From contig JAZRPF010000012.1 of NCBI GenBank assembly GCA_045649045.1, positions 1,742 through 65,741 on the forward strand: a DNA stretch of 64,000 bases. The letters are read 5' to 3'. The translations under genes and the position numbers were made by a program. The notes under the pieces are model-generated. The model searched no databases, was not told the origin of the DNA, and worked only from the letters and a program-made list of their open reading frames with translations. This DNA comes from Eubacteriales bacterium (GTDB taxonomy: Bacteria > Bacillota > Clostridia > Oscillospirales > CAG-272). The stretch's first letter is position 1; each line of letters begins with the position of its first letter. This document shows positions 15,579 through 25,393 of this stretch, in pieces.

Positions 15579-18029
15579 TCAAGAGGCAAAGCCGTCAGTG
15601 CAGCGCACCGTATAGAAAACCGTACTGTCAAAGGATGAAGCAAATTTATCAATCTGCGCCCACTCGTCACAGCTGCCGTCAAAGACAAGCTCTGCAAGAG
15701 AAGTGCAGCCAAGGAACGCCTCTGCACCAATCGAGGTGATGCTTGACGGAATCTCCATGCGGGTAATCGGTGTCATACCGTAAAATGCCTGTCTGCCAAT
15801 TCTCACGACAGAGCCGTCATCGGCAATGACCGTGCTCTGACAGCCCTGCACCAAGGTCTTGCTCGCAATCTCAATCACCGCATCCCCAATCGATATATAG
15901 CACTCGTTGCCCTCTTGAATCGAAAGCGAGATGAGTGCCGTACAGCCAAGGAATATGCCATCCCCGATTTTTTCCACCTTGCTCGGAATAGTCGCAGACA
16001 CAAGTGCTATGCAGTCACCAAAGGCGTGTGCGCCGATTCCACGAAGCATACTTCCCTCTTCAAAGACAAGAGCAGAGAGCGATATGCAACCTGCAAACGC
16101 ACTCTCGCCAATCACCGTCACACTGCACGGTACCGAAAGCGTCGCAAGCGCAAGACAGCCCTCAAATGCACTGCCGTTAATCGAGGCAAGCGTGCTTGGC
16201 AGTTCAAGCTCGCAAAGCGAAGAACAGCCGCCAAACGCCGCAAAGCCAATTGTCTTAACTCCGTCTGGAACCTGCACACTCTGCAAGCCCGTACAGCCGT
16301 AAAAGGCATAGGGCGCAATGCGGACAAGTCCCATGTCCTGCGGAATCACACTATCCGAAAAGCCCTTCAGAAGCTCCTTCTTTTGCTTGTCAATCAGACA
16401 ACCGCCGACCGCACAGTAGACAGCATTGTCAGCATCCACCGTAATTGCAGTCAAAGCCGCGCATTGCAAAAAGGCATAATTGCCTATTTTTTCAACAGTT
16501 TTCGGAATGTTCAGAACGGTTATACCCGCGCATCCCATGAATGCGAAATCGCCAATCTCATAAACACCGTCAAGCAGGATAATATCACGCAAACCGGCAC
16601 ACTCATAGAACGCCGATGCGCCGAGCCTGCCACCGCAAATCGTGACGCGGCAGAGATTTTCGGGAATGAATGCCGCCTGCTCCAAATAGCTCGTAGCACC
16701 AAAAAGCGCGCCAAAATGCGAAAGCGCCGCCCCTTGCGTTGTGAAGGCAAAGGGAATAGTCAGCTCACGAAGCGCACTGCAACCGCTAAACGCTCCAAAG
16801 CCAAGCTCGCACATATCGGACGGAAGTGTCAATGCCTCAAGGCTCGTGCATTCGGCAAAGGCGTTGCAGCCGAGCGTTTGAAGAAGACTCGCCGCACCAA
16901 AAGAAACGCGCGCAAGCGAAGCGCACTTGGCAAAGGCATTCTGATAGATAACGCGCACGCTGTCAGGTACCGTAAATTCGGTCAGATTTCTGTCCTTCAC
17001 GCCCATGAGTACCGTCAATGCACCCGCATCATCGGTTAAGTAATAAGCGCCCTCGCTCTCTGTGTGCAAAAGCTTGTCACAGCCCTTAAAAGCATCGGTA
17101 CCAAGCGAGCGCACCGATTTCGGAATCGAGAGGCTTTCAAGCATAGAACAGCCTGTAAATGCACCTGTGCCAATCACCTCAAGCGCGCTGTCGGCAGGAA
17201 TTGAAACGCTCACAAGCTGACGGCAGTTGCGGAATACCTGTCCGCCAAGCACCTTGACGCCGCGTGGCAGGGTAATTTCCCTTAATGAGCTACAGCCTGC
17301 AAAGGCATTCTGACCAATGAATATCACTTGGCTCTCTCCCTCAAAGGTGAGGCTTGTCAGCTTGGAGCAGCTACCAAATGCCGACTGATCAATAAGACGC
17401 GTTTCCGCGTGTACCTGACACGAGGTCAGCGTCACCGATTCTGCCTTCAGAAGCAGAAGGTAGGGATTTTCCTCATTTCCAAGGTATCTTGCACCGCCAT
17501 AGCTCGTGACGGCAAGACGGTTGCATCCCTCAAACGCGCGACCGCCAATGCTTGTCAAGGTTGAGGGCAGGTCAATTGTCTGCAAGGAATAACAGCCTGC
17601 AAACGCGCTCTCGCCAATCGTCTCCACTCTGCTTTCATGACCGAAGCGCACGCTCTCAAGCTGGCTACACGCCTTAAAAGCCCCCTCTGCAATCGCAAGG
17701 ACAGGCAAGCCGTTATGCTCTGTCGGTATCACGGTATCTGCCATCAGGAATTCATAGCCGACAAGGATATAGCCATCACCCGCCTGATTCAATTCAAAGC
17801 GCAAAACGCTTTCAGTCGGTACGGGCTTTGCGCTTTCACTTTCACTCTCGCTCTCACCTTCACTCTCCGATGCCGATTCGCTCTCGCTTTCACTTTCGGA
17901 GGGGTAGGATGATGTATCGGACGGCGCACCTTCACTCGCACTTTCCCTCTCCTCGCCGTCACACGCGGCAAGCACGAGGGCAAAAAGGCAAGCAAAGAGA
18001 AGAGCCGTCAGTATGCATTGCTTTTTCAT
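15579..18029 (-). CDS. BspA-type leucine-rich-repeat surface lipoprotein
   Basis: The likely start is MKKQCILTALLFACLFALVLAAC (lipobox). A Ser-Glu linker follows, then more than 20 repeats of the ...IP.sV..IG..AF.gC..L... unit (LRR_5/BspA type). Confidence 0.8.
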   Translation of the reverse strand: MKKQCILTALLFACLFALVLAACDGEERESASEGAPSDTSSYPSESESESESASESEGESESESESAKPVPTESVLRFELNQAGDGYILVGYEFLMADTVIPTEHNGLPVLAIAEGAFKACSQLESVRFGHESRVETIGESAFAGCYSLQTIDLPSTLTSIGGRAFEGCNRLAVTSYGGARYLGNEENPYLLLLKAESVTLTSCQVHAETRLIDQSAFGSCSKLTSLTFEGESQVIFIGQNAFAGCSSLREITLPRGVKVLGGQVFRNCRQLVSVSIPADSALEVIGTGAFTGCSMLESLSIPKSVRSLGTDAFKGCDKLLHTESEGAYYLTDDAGALTVLMGVKDRNLTEFTVPDSVRVIYQNAFAKCASLARVSFGAASLLQTLGCNAFAECTSLEALTLPSDMCELGFGAFSGCSALRELTIPFAFTTQGAALSHFGALFGATSYLEQAAFIPENLCRVTICGGRLGASAFYECAGLRDIILLDGVYEIGDFAFMGCAGITVLNIPKTVEKIGNYAFLQCAALTAITVDADNAVYCAVGGCLIDKQKKELLKGFSDSVIPQDMGLVRIAPYAFYGCTGLQSVQVPDGVKTIGFAAFGGCSSLCELELPSTLASINGSAFEGCLALATLSVPCSVTVIGESAFAGCISLSALVFEEGSMLRGIGAHAFGDCIALVSATIPSKVEKIGDGIFLGCTALISLSIQEGNECYISIGDAVIEIASKTLVQGCQSTVIADDGSVVRIGRQAFYGMTPITRMEIPSSITSIGAEAFLGCTSLAELVFDGSCDEWAQIDKFASSFDSTVFYTVRCTDGFAS

Positions 18030-18197
18030 ATGAATCCTCATTCTGTCGCCCTTGGGCGACTACAAATTCAGCGTGAAATGCGCCATAAAGGAGTTATGCT
18101 TTGCCATCTTCACGCAACTGTTCAATGCCTTTTGCAAAAAAGACTGCATTCACTCAAAAAGCAAGCAAATACAGTCTTTTTGCGGCAAAATCAAAGG

Positions 18198-18983
18198 TCA
18201 ATTTTGCTGAAAACGCTTCAAAAATTGGCGTGTGCGCTCCTCGCGCGGATTGTCAAAAATCTGCTCGGGCGTACCGCTTTCCAAAATGATACCGTCACTC
18301 ATAAAGAGGACGCGGTCGGATATATTGCGCGCAAAGCTCATTTCGTGCGTGACAATTACCATCGTCATGCCTTCCTTTGCAAGCTGTGCAATCAGCTCCA
18401 GAACCTCGCCCACCATTTCAGGATCGAGCGCAGAGGTCGGCTCGTCAAAGAGCATGACCTTGGGATTCATGGCAAGCGCGCGGACAATCGCGACGCGCTG
18501 CTTCTGACCGCCCGACAAGGTTGACGGATAAGCGTGCGCCTTATCGGCAAGCCCTACCCTCTCAAGAAGCTCCATGGCACGCGCCTCGGCAGCGGCACGG
18601 GACATTCCCAAGAGCTTGGTCGGGCCAATTGTCATATTACGCAAAATCGTCAGATGCGGAAAGAGATTGAAGTGCTGAAACACCATCCCCATCTCGCGAC
18701 GGTAGAGGTCAATTTTTGCCTTTCGCGCCGTAATCTCACGGCCGTCAAAAAGAATTGTTCCCTCGGTCGGCACTTCAAGCAGATTCAGGCAACGAAGAAA
18801 GGTGCTCTTGCCACTTCCCGACTGCCCGATAACCGATACAACCTCGCCGCGCCGCACAGTCTCATTGACTCCGCGCAAAACATGCAGGTCGCCGAATTTT
18901 TTATGAAGATTTTTCACCTCAATAATCGTATCAAGGTCATTTGTTTTCTGTTCAGCGGTCACTCTTACGCAGCCTCCTTTCAA
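18198..18983 (-). CDS. Polar amino acid ABC transporter ATP-binding protein (GlnQ-like)
   Basis: It has Walker [10 protein letters not shown], the signature LSGGQKQRV and Walker [12 protein letters not shown]. The start is ATG 18983 or GTG 18962, and either overlaps the permease 3' end. Confidence 0.9.
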   Translation of the reverse strand: MKGGCVRVTAEQKTNDLDTIIEVKNLHKKFGDLHVLRGVNETVRRGEVVSVIGQSGSGKSTFLRCLNLLEVPTEGTILFDGREITARKAKIDLYRREMGMVFQHFNLFPHLTILRNMTIGPTKLLGMSRAAAEARAMELLERVGLADKAHAYPSTLSGGQKQRVAIVRALAMNPKVMLFDEPTSALDPEMVGEVLELIAQLAKEGMTMVIVTHEMSFARNISDRVLFMSDGIILESGTPEQIFDNPREERTRQFLKRFQQN

Positions 18984-20331
18984 GAAGGGATACCAGGTTC
19001 GTCAGTATCACAACCACAACGAGATAAATCAGTGCAACGGCAATCAGGGGGAGAAAATCGCTGTATGTGAGAGAACGAATTTTAAGTCCGCCTTGTGTCA
19101 GGTCGGCAACACCGATATAGAAGGCAACCGACGATTCCTTCAAAAGCACAATGAACTCATTGGCAAGCGCAGGCAGGGTGCTCTTGAACGCTTGGGGAAT
19201 TACAATGAACACCATTGTTTGCACATAGTTGAAGCCAAGGCTTCGTCCCGCCTCGGACTGTCCCTCGTCAACCGCCATGATACCGCCGCGAATAATCTCG
19301 GCAACATAAGCACCGCTATTGAAGCCAAAGCAGAGAATTGCCGCCCAGAATTTCGGAATGCCGATTGGCAGAAGCAGAACGAAATAGATAATCAGAAGCT
19401 GGACCATAAGTGGCGTTCCGCGAATCACCGTCAGATAAAGGCGGCAAACCAGATCAAGCGGCAAGAGCTTCTTGGTTTTGAGGTAGGTCGCACGGATAAC
19501 CGCCACAAGAAAGCCGATAACAACACCGAGAAGGATAGCACCTGCTGTCATTTTGAGCGTTGTCCAAAGACCTTCGGTCAAATACTGCCAGCGTGCATCC
19601 TTGATGAAATTCTTGTGGAAATCAGCGCAAAACTCATTCCACATCCTCGTGACAGGGCCTGATGTATCGGGCCTTTCGCTGTCATAATTTGCCAAACCGA
19701 AAAGACCGATAAAGGCATTGCGGAAATTCGCATAGCGAGAAATATCCACACCGTCTGCGGTGACGGTCGTGTTCTCAATATCCTCGTGAATCGACAGAAC
19801 CGAGCCAAGACAGGTGTTGACTGTCGCGTCCGAAAGATAAAGACGGAAGCCGTCAACGGTCTGACAGAGCAAAAGCTCAATCTCGCCCCGCTTGACCTCT
19901 GCCTCATCCTGCAAATAGCCCATCATCAAGGAACGCAGAGCAAGTGAAATCTTGGTCGATACATCCTTGTCGGTGTACTTGTCTAATATATTTTCCCAAA
20001 TCTCATCCTTGTGTGCCGAATAGACCGCAAATGCATCAATCGTTTCATAGTCGCACACGAGCGTGATGGTTTTGCCGTGCCCGTAGGACAGCTCCTTAAC
20101 CGTTACACTCGAATTCTCAATGATGTAGTCATTTGGATATTGAAGCCCTGCAATCACCTGCAAGGGCAGGCTGTCAAATGTCTCGTCAACAAGCGCCTGT
20201 GCATCCTCGAGCGTTATGTCATCCGCACGGTCGCCGCCACCCTGTCTGTCATAAATCACAAGTGCGCCGACAAGTGCCGCAAGCACAAGGAAAGTGACAA
20301 TAATTGTTGTCAGAATTTTCTTCTTATTCAT
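18952..20331 (-). CDS. Amino acid ABC transporter permease with a ~200-aa extracytoplasmic N-terminal domain
   Basis: The C-terminal half is a HisM/GlnP-type permease (EAGRSLGF... EAA loop). The N-terminal part is one TM helix followed by a non-membrane domain of about 200 aa. Confidence 0.85.
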   Translation of the reverse strand: MNKKKILTTIIVTFLVLAALVGALVIYDRQGGGDRADDITLEDAQALVDETFDSLPLQVIAGLQYPNDYIIENSSVTVKELSYGHGKTITLVCDYETIDAFAVYSAHKDEIWENILDKYTDKDVSTKISLALRSLMMGYLQDEAEVKRGEIELLLCQTVDGFRLYLSDATVNTCLGSVLSIHEDIENTTVTADGVDISRYANFRNAFIGLFGLANYDSERPDTSGPVTRMWNEFCADFHKNFIKDARWQYLTEGLWTTLKMTAGAILLGVVIGFLVAVIRATYLKTKKLLPLDLVCRLYLTVIRGTPLMVQLLIIYFVLLLPIGIPKFWAAILCFGFNSGAYVAEIIRGGIMAVDEGQSEAGRSLGFNYVQTMVFIVIPQAFKSTLPALANEFIVLLKESSVAFYIGVADLTQGGLKIRSLTYSDFLPLIAVALIYLVVVVILTNLVSLLERRLRKSDR

Positions 20332-20436
20332 GAAGCCTCCGCAAGACCTTTCGCCTTGCCGTATGATATGCTGTTTTCTGCCTTATGGGCAAAAAAAGGG
20401 TTGATGCCATGCAACAACCCTTTGACTTGCAAAAAC

Positions 20437-21297
20437 TTACTTGCTTTCGGCGGGAATGTACTGCTCGATGATTGCCTCAATGGTACCATCAGCAATCAGC
20501 TCGGCAATCGCACCGTTCAGCTTGTTCAGAAGCTCTGTGTTGCCCTTCTTCACGCAAGCGGCATACTCTTCAACGATGTAAGCCTCTTCGCCGTCAATCA
20601 TGCGAAGGTCCTCGTTGTTGTCAACAAAGTTCTGTGCAGGAGCGCTGTCAATCATCACGCAATCAACATCGCCGTTCTTCAAAGCAATAATTGCATCATT
20701 GGCAGTGGTGTAGGGTACAACCTGATAGCCGTCCCACTCTGCATAAAGAGCACCTGTCGTACCGAGCTGAACGCCAACCTTGGTTGCCGTGTTGCCCTCG
20801 GTGATGTAGTTGCCGTCATCGTCCGCAGGATATGCGACAAGGTCATCAAGAGAAGCAAGCGGGCTGTCCTTCGTGACAACCAGCATCTGACAGCCTGTTG
20901 CATAGGAATGGGTAAAGTCAACCTCAAGCTTACGCTCGTCGGTGACGGTCATACCTGCCATAGCAAAGTCAGCCGCACCGCTGTTAACGGTGGTAATCAA
21001 AGAGTCAAAGTTGATGGACTCAACCTCAAGCTTGTAGCCAAGCTTTGCGGCAACTGCCTTTGCGATGTCAACATCAATACCAACAATGTCATCACCCTCG
21101 AAATATTCATAGGGTGCGAAATAAGCATTGGTCACCATCTTGAGTGTGCCGTTTGTGGCGGTGCCTTCAGATTCGCTCTCGGATTCGGAAGCACTCTCGC
21201 TTGCGGATTCAGACTCATCGCCACCGCAGGAAGCAAGGACGAAGGTCATGGTCAGCAGCATTGATACTGCTAAAAGTAAGCTTAAAAGCTTTTTCAT
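20437..21297 (-). CDS. Amino acid ABC transporter substrate-binding lipoprotein (SBP family 3)
   Basis: It has the lipobox LASC and a Ser-Glu linker. It then shows the typical ...APYEY...IVGIDVDIAKAVAAKLG...DFAMAGMT... pattern. Confidence 0.9.
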   Translation of the reverse strand: MKKLLSLLLAVSMLLTMTFVLASCGGDESESASESASESESESEGTATNGTLKMVTNAYFAPYEYFEGDDIVGIDVDIAKAVAAKLGYKLEVESINFDSLITTVNSGAADFAMAGMTVTDERKLEVDFTHSYATGCQMLVVTKDSPLASLDDLVAYPADDDGNYITEGNTATKVGVQLGTTGALYAEWDGYQVVPYTTANDAIIALKNGDVDCVMIDSAPAQNFVDNNEDLRMIDGEEAYIVEEYAACVKKGNTELLNKLNGAIAELIADGTIEAIIEQYIPAESK

Positions 21298-21370
21298 TTT
21301 GGTCTATCCTCCAGATAATTGATATTCGTTATTGAATTTGAAGTCTGTGACTTCATATGATAACTCTTGT

Positions 21371-21399
21371 ATTATACTACATTTCCGCTCAAATGTCAA
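21371..21399 (-). promoter_or_regulatory. Sigma-A type promoter (minus strand) for the ABC transporter operon
   Basis: On the minus strand, TTGACA (21399-21394) is followed by a 17-nt spacer and TATAAT (21376-21371). Confidence 0.5.
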
Positions 21400-21438
21400 G
21401 CACTCCAAACGAAAATTGTCATTTTTTCGCCTGACATC

Positions 21439-21467
21439 TTGAAACCGGCGCCATTTTCGGTTATAAT
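21439..21467 (+). promoter_or_regulatory. Sigma-A type promoter for the ABC-F gene
   Basis: TTGAAA lies at 21439-21444 and TATAAT at 21462-21467, with a 17-nt spacer. Confidence 0.5.
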
Positions 21468-21509
21468 AGACATGAAAAAACCAAAAAACAAGCAGAAAGG
21501 ACTTACCCG

Positions 21510-23468
21510 ATGACAGTCATCAGCGCATCGGATATCGGCATTGCCTTTGGTGAGCGCCGCATCCTTGAACATATTTCCTTTGCCGTCGGGGAGGGCGAGC
21601 GCGTCGGTATCATCGGTGTCAACGGCGCAGGGAAAACCACGCTTTTCCGTATTCTTTGCGGTGAGCTTCAGGCAGACGAAGGCACAGTCTTTGTCGCCTC
21701 AGGCTCACGCATCGGTCTTTTGGCACAAAAAACAGGTGGCATTGCACACCATGAGGGCGAGGCTTACCTATTGGAAAACGATACCCTTTTATCCTACGCC
21801 GAGCGCGCCTTCTCTCCCCTTATCGCACTTGAAAAATCCATTGAGCAATGCGAAAAAGAAATTTCTCTCAACCATGGCAAAGCATCGGGCGACGATCTTA
21901 TGCGCCTCTCGTCAAAGCTCGCCTCTATGCGCGAACAATGGTCGCAAGGCGGTGGCGCAGAATTTCGCGCACGCACACGCAGTATGCTGATTGGTATGGG
22001 CTTCGCGGAGGAGCGCCTGCATGACCGCGTCACTCTTCTTTCGGGCGGTGAGCAAACCCGCCTTTCTCTCGCCCGCCTCCTTCTTGAAGAACCTGATATT
22101 CTCCTGCTCGACGAGCCGACAAACCACCTTGACCTTGACGCGCTTCTCTGGCTTGAGGACTTCCTTGCCGCCTACCGCAAAACCGTCCTCGTCATCTCCC
22201 ATGACCGCTACTTCCTTGACCGCGTCACCACCCGCACGCTGTCGCTTGAATACGGCAGAGCCACTATGTATGAGGGTGGCTATTCCGCCTGCAAGGCAAA
22301 GCGCGAGGCCGACGATGCGGCGCTTTTGCATCGTTACAAGGAACAACAAAAGGAAATCGCGCGCATTCAGAAGAATATTGAATTTCAGCGCCGTTGCGGA
22401 CAGGAGCATAACTTCGTGACCATCCGCGCCAAGCAAAAGCAGCTTGCACGCATGGAGAAAATCTCCCTGCCACCTCCGCCACCCAAAGATATCCGCATCA
22501 GATTTACAAGCAAGGATGCCGTCGCCAATGATGTCTTAAAGGTCAAAAACCTCACCTTTGGCTACCGCGCCGATAATCCCCTGATTGACAAGCTGTCCTT
22601 TCTCATCAAAAGCGGTGAGCGCGTCATGCTTCTCGGCGCAAACGGCGCAGGAAAATCCACCCTCATGAAGCTTCTGACAGGCGAGCTTGCCGCTACTCAC
22701 GGAAGCACAGAGCTTGGCTACGGCATCGTCGTCGGTTACTACGACCAAGAAAACAAAAGTTTACACAATGATATGACGGTTTTTGAGGAAATGCGTGCCG
22801 CACATCCGCAAAAAACCGACTTTGAATTGCGCAGTACACTCGCCCTCTTCCTTTTCGGTGCAGAGGACATCGACAAAAAGGTCGGGCTTTTGAGTGGCGG
22901 CGAGCGCGCAAGGCTCTCGCTTGCCAAGCTCATTCTCCGCAAGGTCAATCTGCTTTTGCTTGACGAACCAACGAACCACCTCGATATCGGCTCACGCGAG
23001 GCACTTGAAGCCGCGCTTGATGCCTTTGACGGTACGGTTATCGCCGTCTCACATGACCGCTACTTCATTGACCTGCTCGCCACCCGTATTATTGAGCTTG
23101 ATAAAACCGCCGAAAACGGTTGCATCAATTATCCGCTTGAAACCTACGAGGGTGCTTACGATACCTACCTCAAATTGCGTGAGGCGGCACGGCTGCAAAA
23201 AGAGTCTGCAAAGGAAAAAACGCCCGACGAGGATGAAGCACGCTCTCGCTATGAGGAGCGCAAGCGCGCCATTGCAGATGAACGCAACGCCAAAAAGAAG
23301 CTTGAACGCGCCGAAAAGCGTGTCGGAGAGCTTGAAGCCGCCATCGCCAAAATTGATGAGGAGCTATTTGGCGATGCCGCATCAGACTACCTGCGCGCCG
23401 CCGAGCTTCAGGCAAAAAAAGAAGAAATGGAAGCCGAGCTTCTCGCCTGCTACGAGCTTTTGATGTAA
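21510..23468 (+). CDS. ABC-F family ATPase (two ABC domains with a linker, no transmembrane domain)
   Basis: It has two Walker A motifs (GVNGAGKTT, GANGAGKST) and two LSGGE signatures. The C-terminus is a coiled-coil tail. Confidence 0.9.
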   Translation: MTVISASDIGIAFGERRILEHISFAVGEGERVGIIGVNGAGKTTLFRILCGELQADEGTVFVASGSRIGLLAQKTGGIAHHEGEAYLLENDTLLSYAERAFSPLIALEKSIEQCEKEISLNHGKASGDDLMRLSSKLASMREQWSQGGGAEFRARTRSMLIGMGFAEERLHDRVTLLSGGEQTRLSLARLLLEEPDILLLDEPTNHLDLDALLWLEDFLAAYRKTVLVISHDRYFLDRVTTRTLSLEYGRATMYEGGYSACKAKREADDAALLHRYKEQQKEIARIQKNIEFQRRCGQEHNFVTIRAKQKQLARMEKISLPPPPPKDIRIRFTSKDAVANDVLKVKNLTFGYRADNPLIDKLSFLIKSGERVMLLGANGAGKSTLMKLLTGELAATHGSTELGYGIVVGYYDQENKSLHNDMTVFEEMRAAHPQKTDFELRSTLALFLFGAEDIDKKVGLLSGGERARLSLAKLILRKVNLLLLDEPTNHLDIGSREALEAALDAFDGTVIAVSHDRYFIDLLATRIIELDKTAENGCINYPLETYEGAYDTYLKLREAARLQKESAKEKTPDEDEARSRYEERKRAIADERNAKKKLERAEKRVGELEAAIAKIDEELFGDAASDYLRAAELQAKKEEMEAELLACYELLM

Positions 23469-23550
23469 ACTTTAATAATCATATTCAAGTTCAGACATTC
23501 AAGGAGCAAACCCTTTGCTTCATTTTCTCTTTATATCTCTTTATATCAAA

Positions 23551-23580
23551 GAAGCCAATGCAAATTGCATTGGCTTCTTT
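23551..23580. terminator. Bidirectional intrinsic terminator between the ABC-F gene and rlmH
   Basis: The palindrome GAAGCCAATGCAaaTTGCATTGGCTTC is flanked by A-rich and T-rich tracts. Confidence 0.6.
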
Positions 23581-23609
23581 GATATTTATTGATGATATCA
23601 TTTATGATA

Positions 23610-24089
23610 TCATTTATGATACCGTTTCCCTGCCAGAATCGTGAATGAACGATAAACCGCTTCTGTCAGTATCAGCCTCATGAGCTGATGCGGAAAGGTC
23701 AGGGGGGAAAAGGAGAGCCGAAAGTCAGCCGAACGCTTGACACTCTCGGACAGTCCGTGCGAGCTGCCGATGATGAAGCAGATTTTGCCCGAACGGTCAA
23801 TTGCCTCGGAAAGCAGACCCGCAAGCGCGGGCGAATCGAGTGACTTTCCCTCCACGCATAGCACAACGGTATAAGCCCCCTTCGGCACAGCGGCAAGCAG
23901 ACGCTCACCCTCGGCATTGAGTGCTGCCTCTATCTCCTGACGGTTGTCCTCGTCACGAATGCGCTCCTCCCTGCATTCACGGATGTCACATTCGGCATAA
24001 GCGAATATTCTCTTGCAGTATTCGGCAATGCCCTCGCGAAGATAGCCTTCCTTGAGTGTGCCGACCGTCAGAATCGTGACCGATGCCAT
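23610..24089 (-). CDS. rlmH: 23S rRNA (pseudouridine1915-N3)-methyltransferase
   Basis: It is a 159-aa SPOUT-family protein with the patterns ILTVGTLKEGYLREGIAEY and IIGSSHGLS. Its start shares one base with the upstream stop (TGATG). Confidence 0.9.
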   Translation of the reverse strand: MASVTILTVGTLKEGYLREGIAEYCKRIFAYAECDIRECREERIRDEDNRQEIEAALNAEGERLLAAVPKGAYTVVLCVEGKSLDSPALAGLLSEAIDRSGKICFIIGSSHGLSESVKRSADFRLSFSPLTFPHQLMRLILTEAVYRSFTILAGKRYHK

Positions 24090-25354
24090 CAGCCCTCCGC
24101 GCGAATGCGCCTTGCTTCAAGATAGTACCGCTTGTCCCACGCTTCACCCATCGAAAAGGTCTTGCGCGGCAAGGGGCCGTCCTTCGCAACAGACGGGAAA
24201 AGCTCGCTCTTTTCCATACCGTCAAACAGGAAACCAACCGCACCGTCCTCTTTTGCAAGCGAGCGCAGAGAATCAGTTCCATGAATATAATCGACCTCAA
24301 CTGACGGATGACGGCGAATGTAATCATCAAGAAAAATCTGCAAGCTGCCGACTGTCAGCGAGTGCGAGCCATGTGCAAACAAAACATCACATTCGCCATC
24401 CTTTGTGACGCAGTGGATGCTTTGTGCGCCGTTTTCCTTGCAGCTTTCATCAGAAGCGCACCTATCGGCATATGCGCGAAGCTCGGTCAGAATTGACTTA
24501 TCAGCGCCGAACACCACGCGGTAAATCGGCTCAAATTCAAGTGCCGCATCATGAATGTTGACAAGCTCCACCAGCGCATAGCGTGCAGGATGCGTCGCGA
24601 CCTTTTCCGCGCCAAGTTCCTTTTTCAATGCCTCATAATGCGCCTTTGCCGATGCAAGCGAGTGGTTGCCGTCACCGACAGCAAACAAAAACGGATTATC
24701 GCCGCCTGCCGCCATCAAGTCTTGAAGCGCAGAGAGAACGCGCGCAATTTCCGCATCTGACAGGAAATAGGCATCCACCTCGCCGCCCCCCATCATGAGT
24801 GAAAAGGAATACGCCTTTTGAAAATCCTTCTTTTTGTCGGTAAGCGACTCAATCACGCGCCCGCCGGCATCATCAAGAAGAAGCATCACATGCGGCATTT
24901 CAAGCTCGGCATCACGGCGCACCTCCACGCGAGGCGGAATGCGCGAAATAACCGTTCCCTCGGTGGCACGAATGAGGGACTTGGCATCAGGCTCATAGCT
25001 ATATGCATCAAGGTCAATTTGCCCGACAAGTCCGTGTCTGACAACACCGCTTCTGCACTTTCTTTCAAGATAAATCAGCGTGTTTTTGTAGGTTTTGAAA
25101 ATGCCCTTCGCAAGATAATCGCGCATGGTTTGATTAATCTCGCACACACGCTCTTCGCGGCGGTCATTCAAATAAAGCTCGGGTAAAATCATGCGGTAGG
25201 TCGAGGGCGCATCCCCCACCTTGTCAGCAACCTCCTGCCAATATGCAGGCTCGCTCGTATATTGGTCACAGGCAATGACTGCCCATTTTTCACCGTCGGT
25301 CACGGAAAAATCGGGAAGCATCATATCGGCTGTGCCGAAGGGCAACTGTTTCAT
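24089..25354 (-). CDS. DUF1015 family protein
   Basis: Its size and motifs (...FAVGDGNHSLASAKAHYE...) match DUF1015. An AAAGGA RBS favours ATG 25354 over ATG 25375. Confidence 0.7.
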   Translation of the reverse strand: MKQLPFGTADMMLPDFSVTDGEKWAVIACDQYTSEPAYWQEVADKVGDAPSTYRMILPELYLNDRREERVCEINQTMRDYLAKGIFKTYKNTLIYLERKCRSGVVRHGLVGQIDLDAYSYEPDAKSLIRATEGTVISRIPPRVEVRRDAELEMPHVMLLLDDAGGRVIESLTDKKKDFQKAYSFSLMMGGGEVDAYFLSDAEIARVLSALQDLMAAGGDNPFLFAVGDGNHSLASAKAHYEALKKELGAEKVATHPARYALVELVNIHDAALEFEPIYRVVFGADKSILTELRAYADRCASDESCKENGAQSIHCVTKDGECDVLFAHGSHSLTVGSLQIFLDDYIRRHPSVEVDYIHGTDSLRSLAKEDGAVGFLFDGMEKSELFPSVAKDGPLPRKTFSMGEAWDKRYYLEARRIRAEG

Positions 25355-25393
25355 TTGAATATTCCTTTCTGTCACTGTTTTTACTGTTTTCTT

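Noticed and set aside
15915-17039. A 374-aa plus-strand ORF opposite the LRR gene
   Set aside because: It is antisense to the repeat-structured LRR coding frame. The translation is Arg/Lys/Ala-rich with no domain.
21166-21216. Periodic GAA/TCx DNA repeats, considered as possible CRISPR or VNTR elements (also at 17832-17900)
   Set aside because: They are in-frame Ser-Glu coding tracts inside lipoprotein genes, not spacer-repeat arrays.
20011-21264. A 417-aa plus-strand ORF spanning the permease 5' end and the SBP gene
   Set aside because: It crosses an intergenic region and two well-supported minus-strand genes, and it has no recognisable motif.
23593-23616. A 12-nt tandem duplication (GATATCATTTAT x2) at the rlmH stop codon
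   Set aside because: It is a simple local duplication covering the last codons, the stop and the adjacent spacer. It has no further copies and no structural consequence that I can see.
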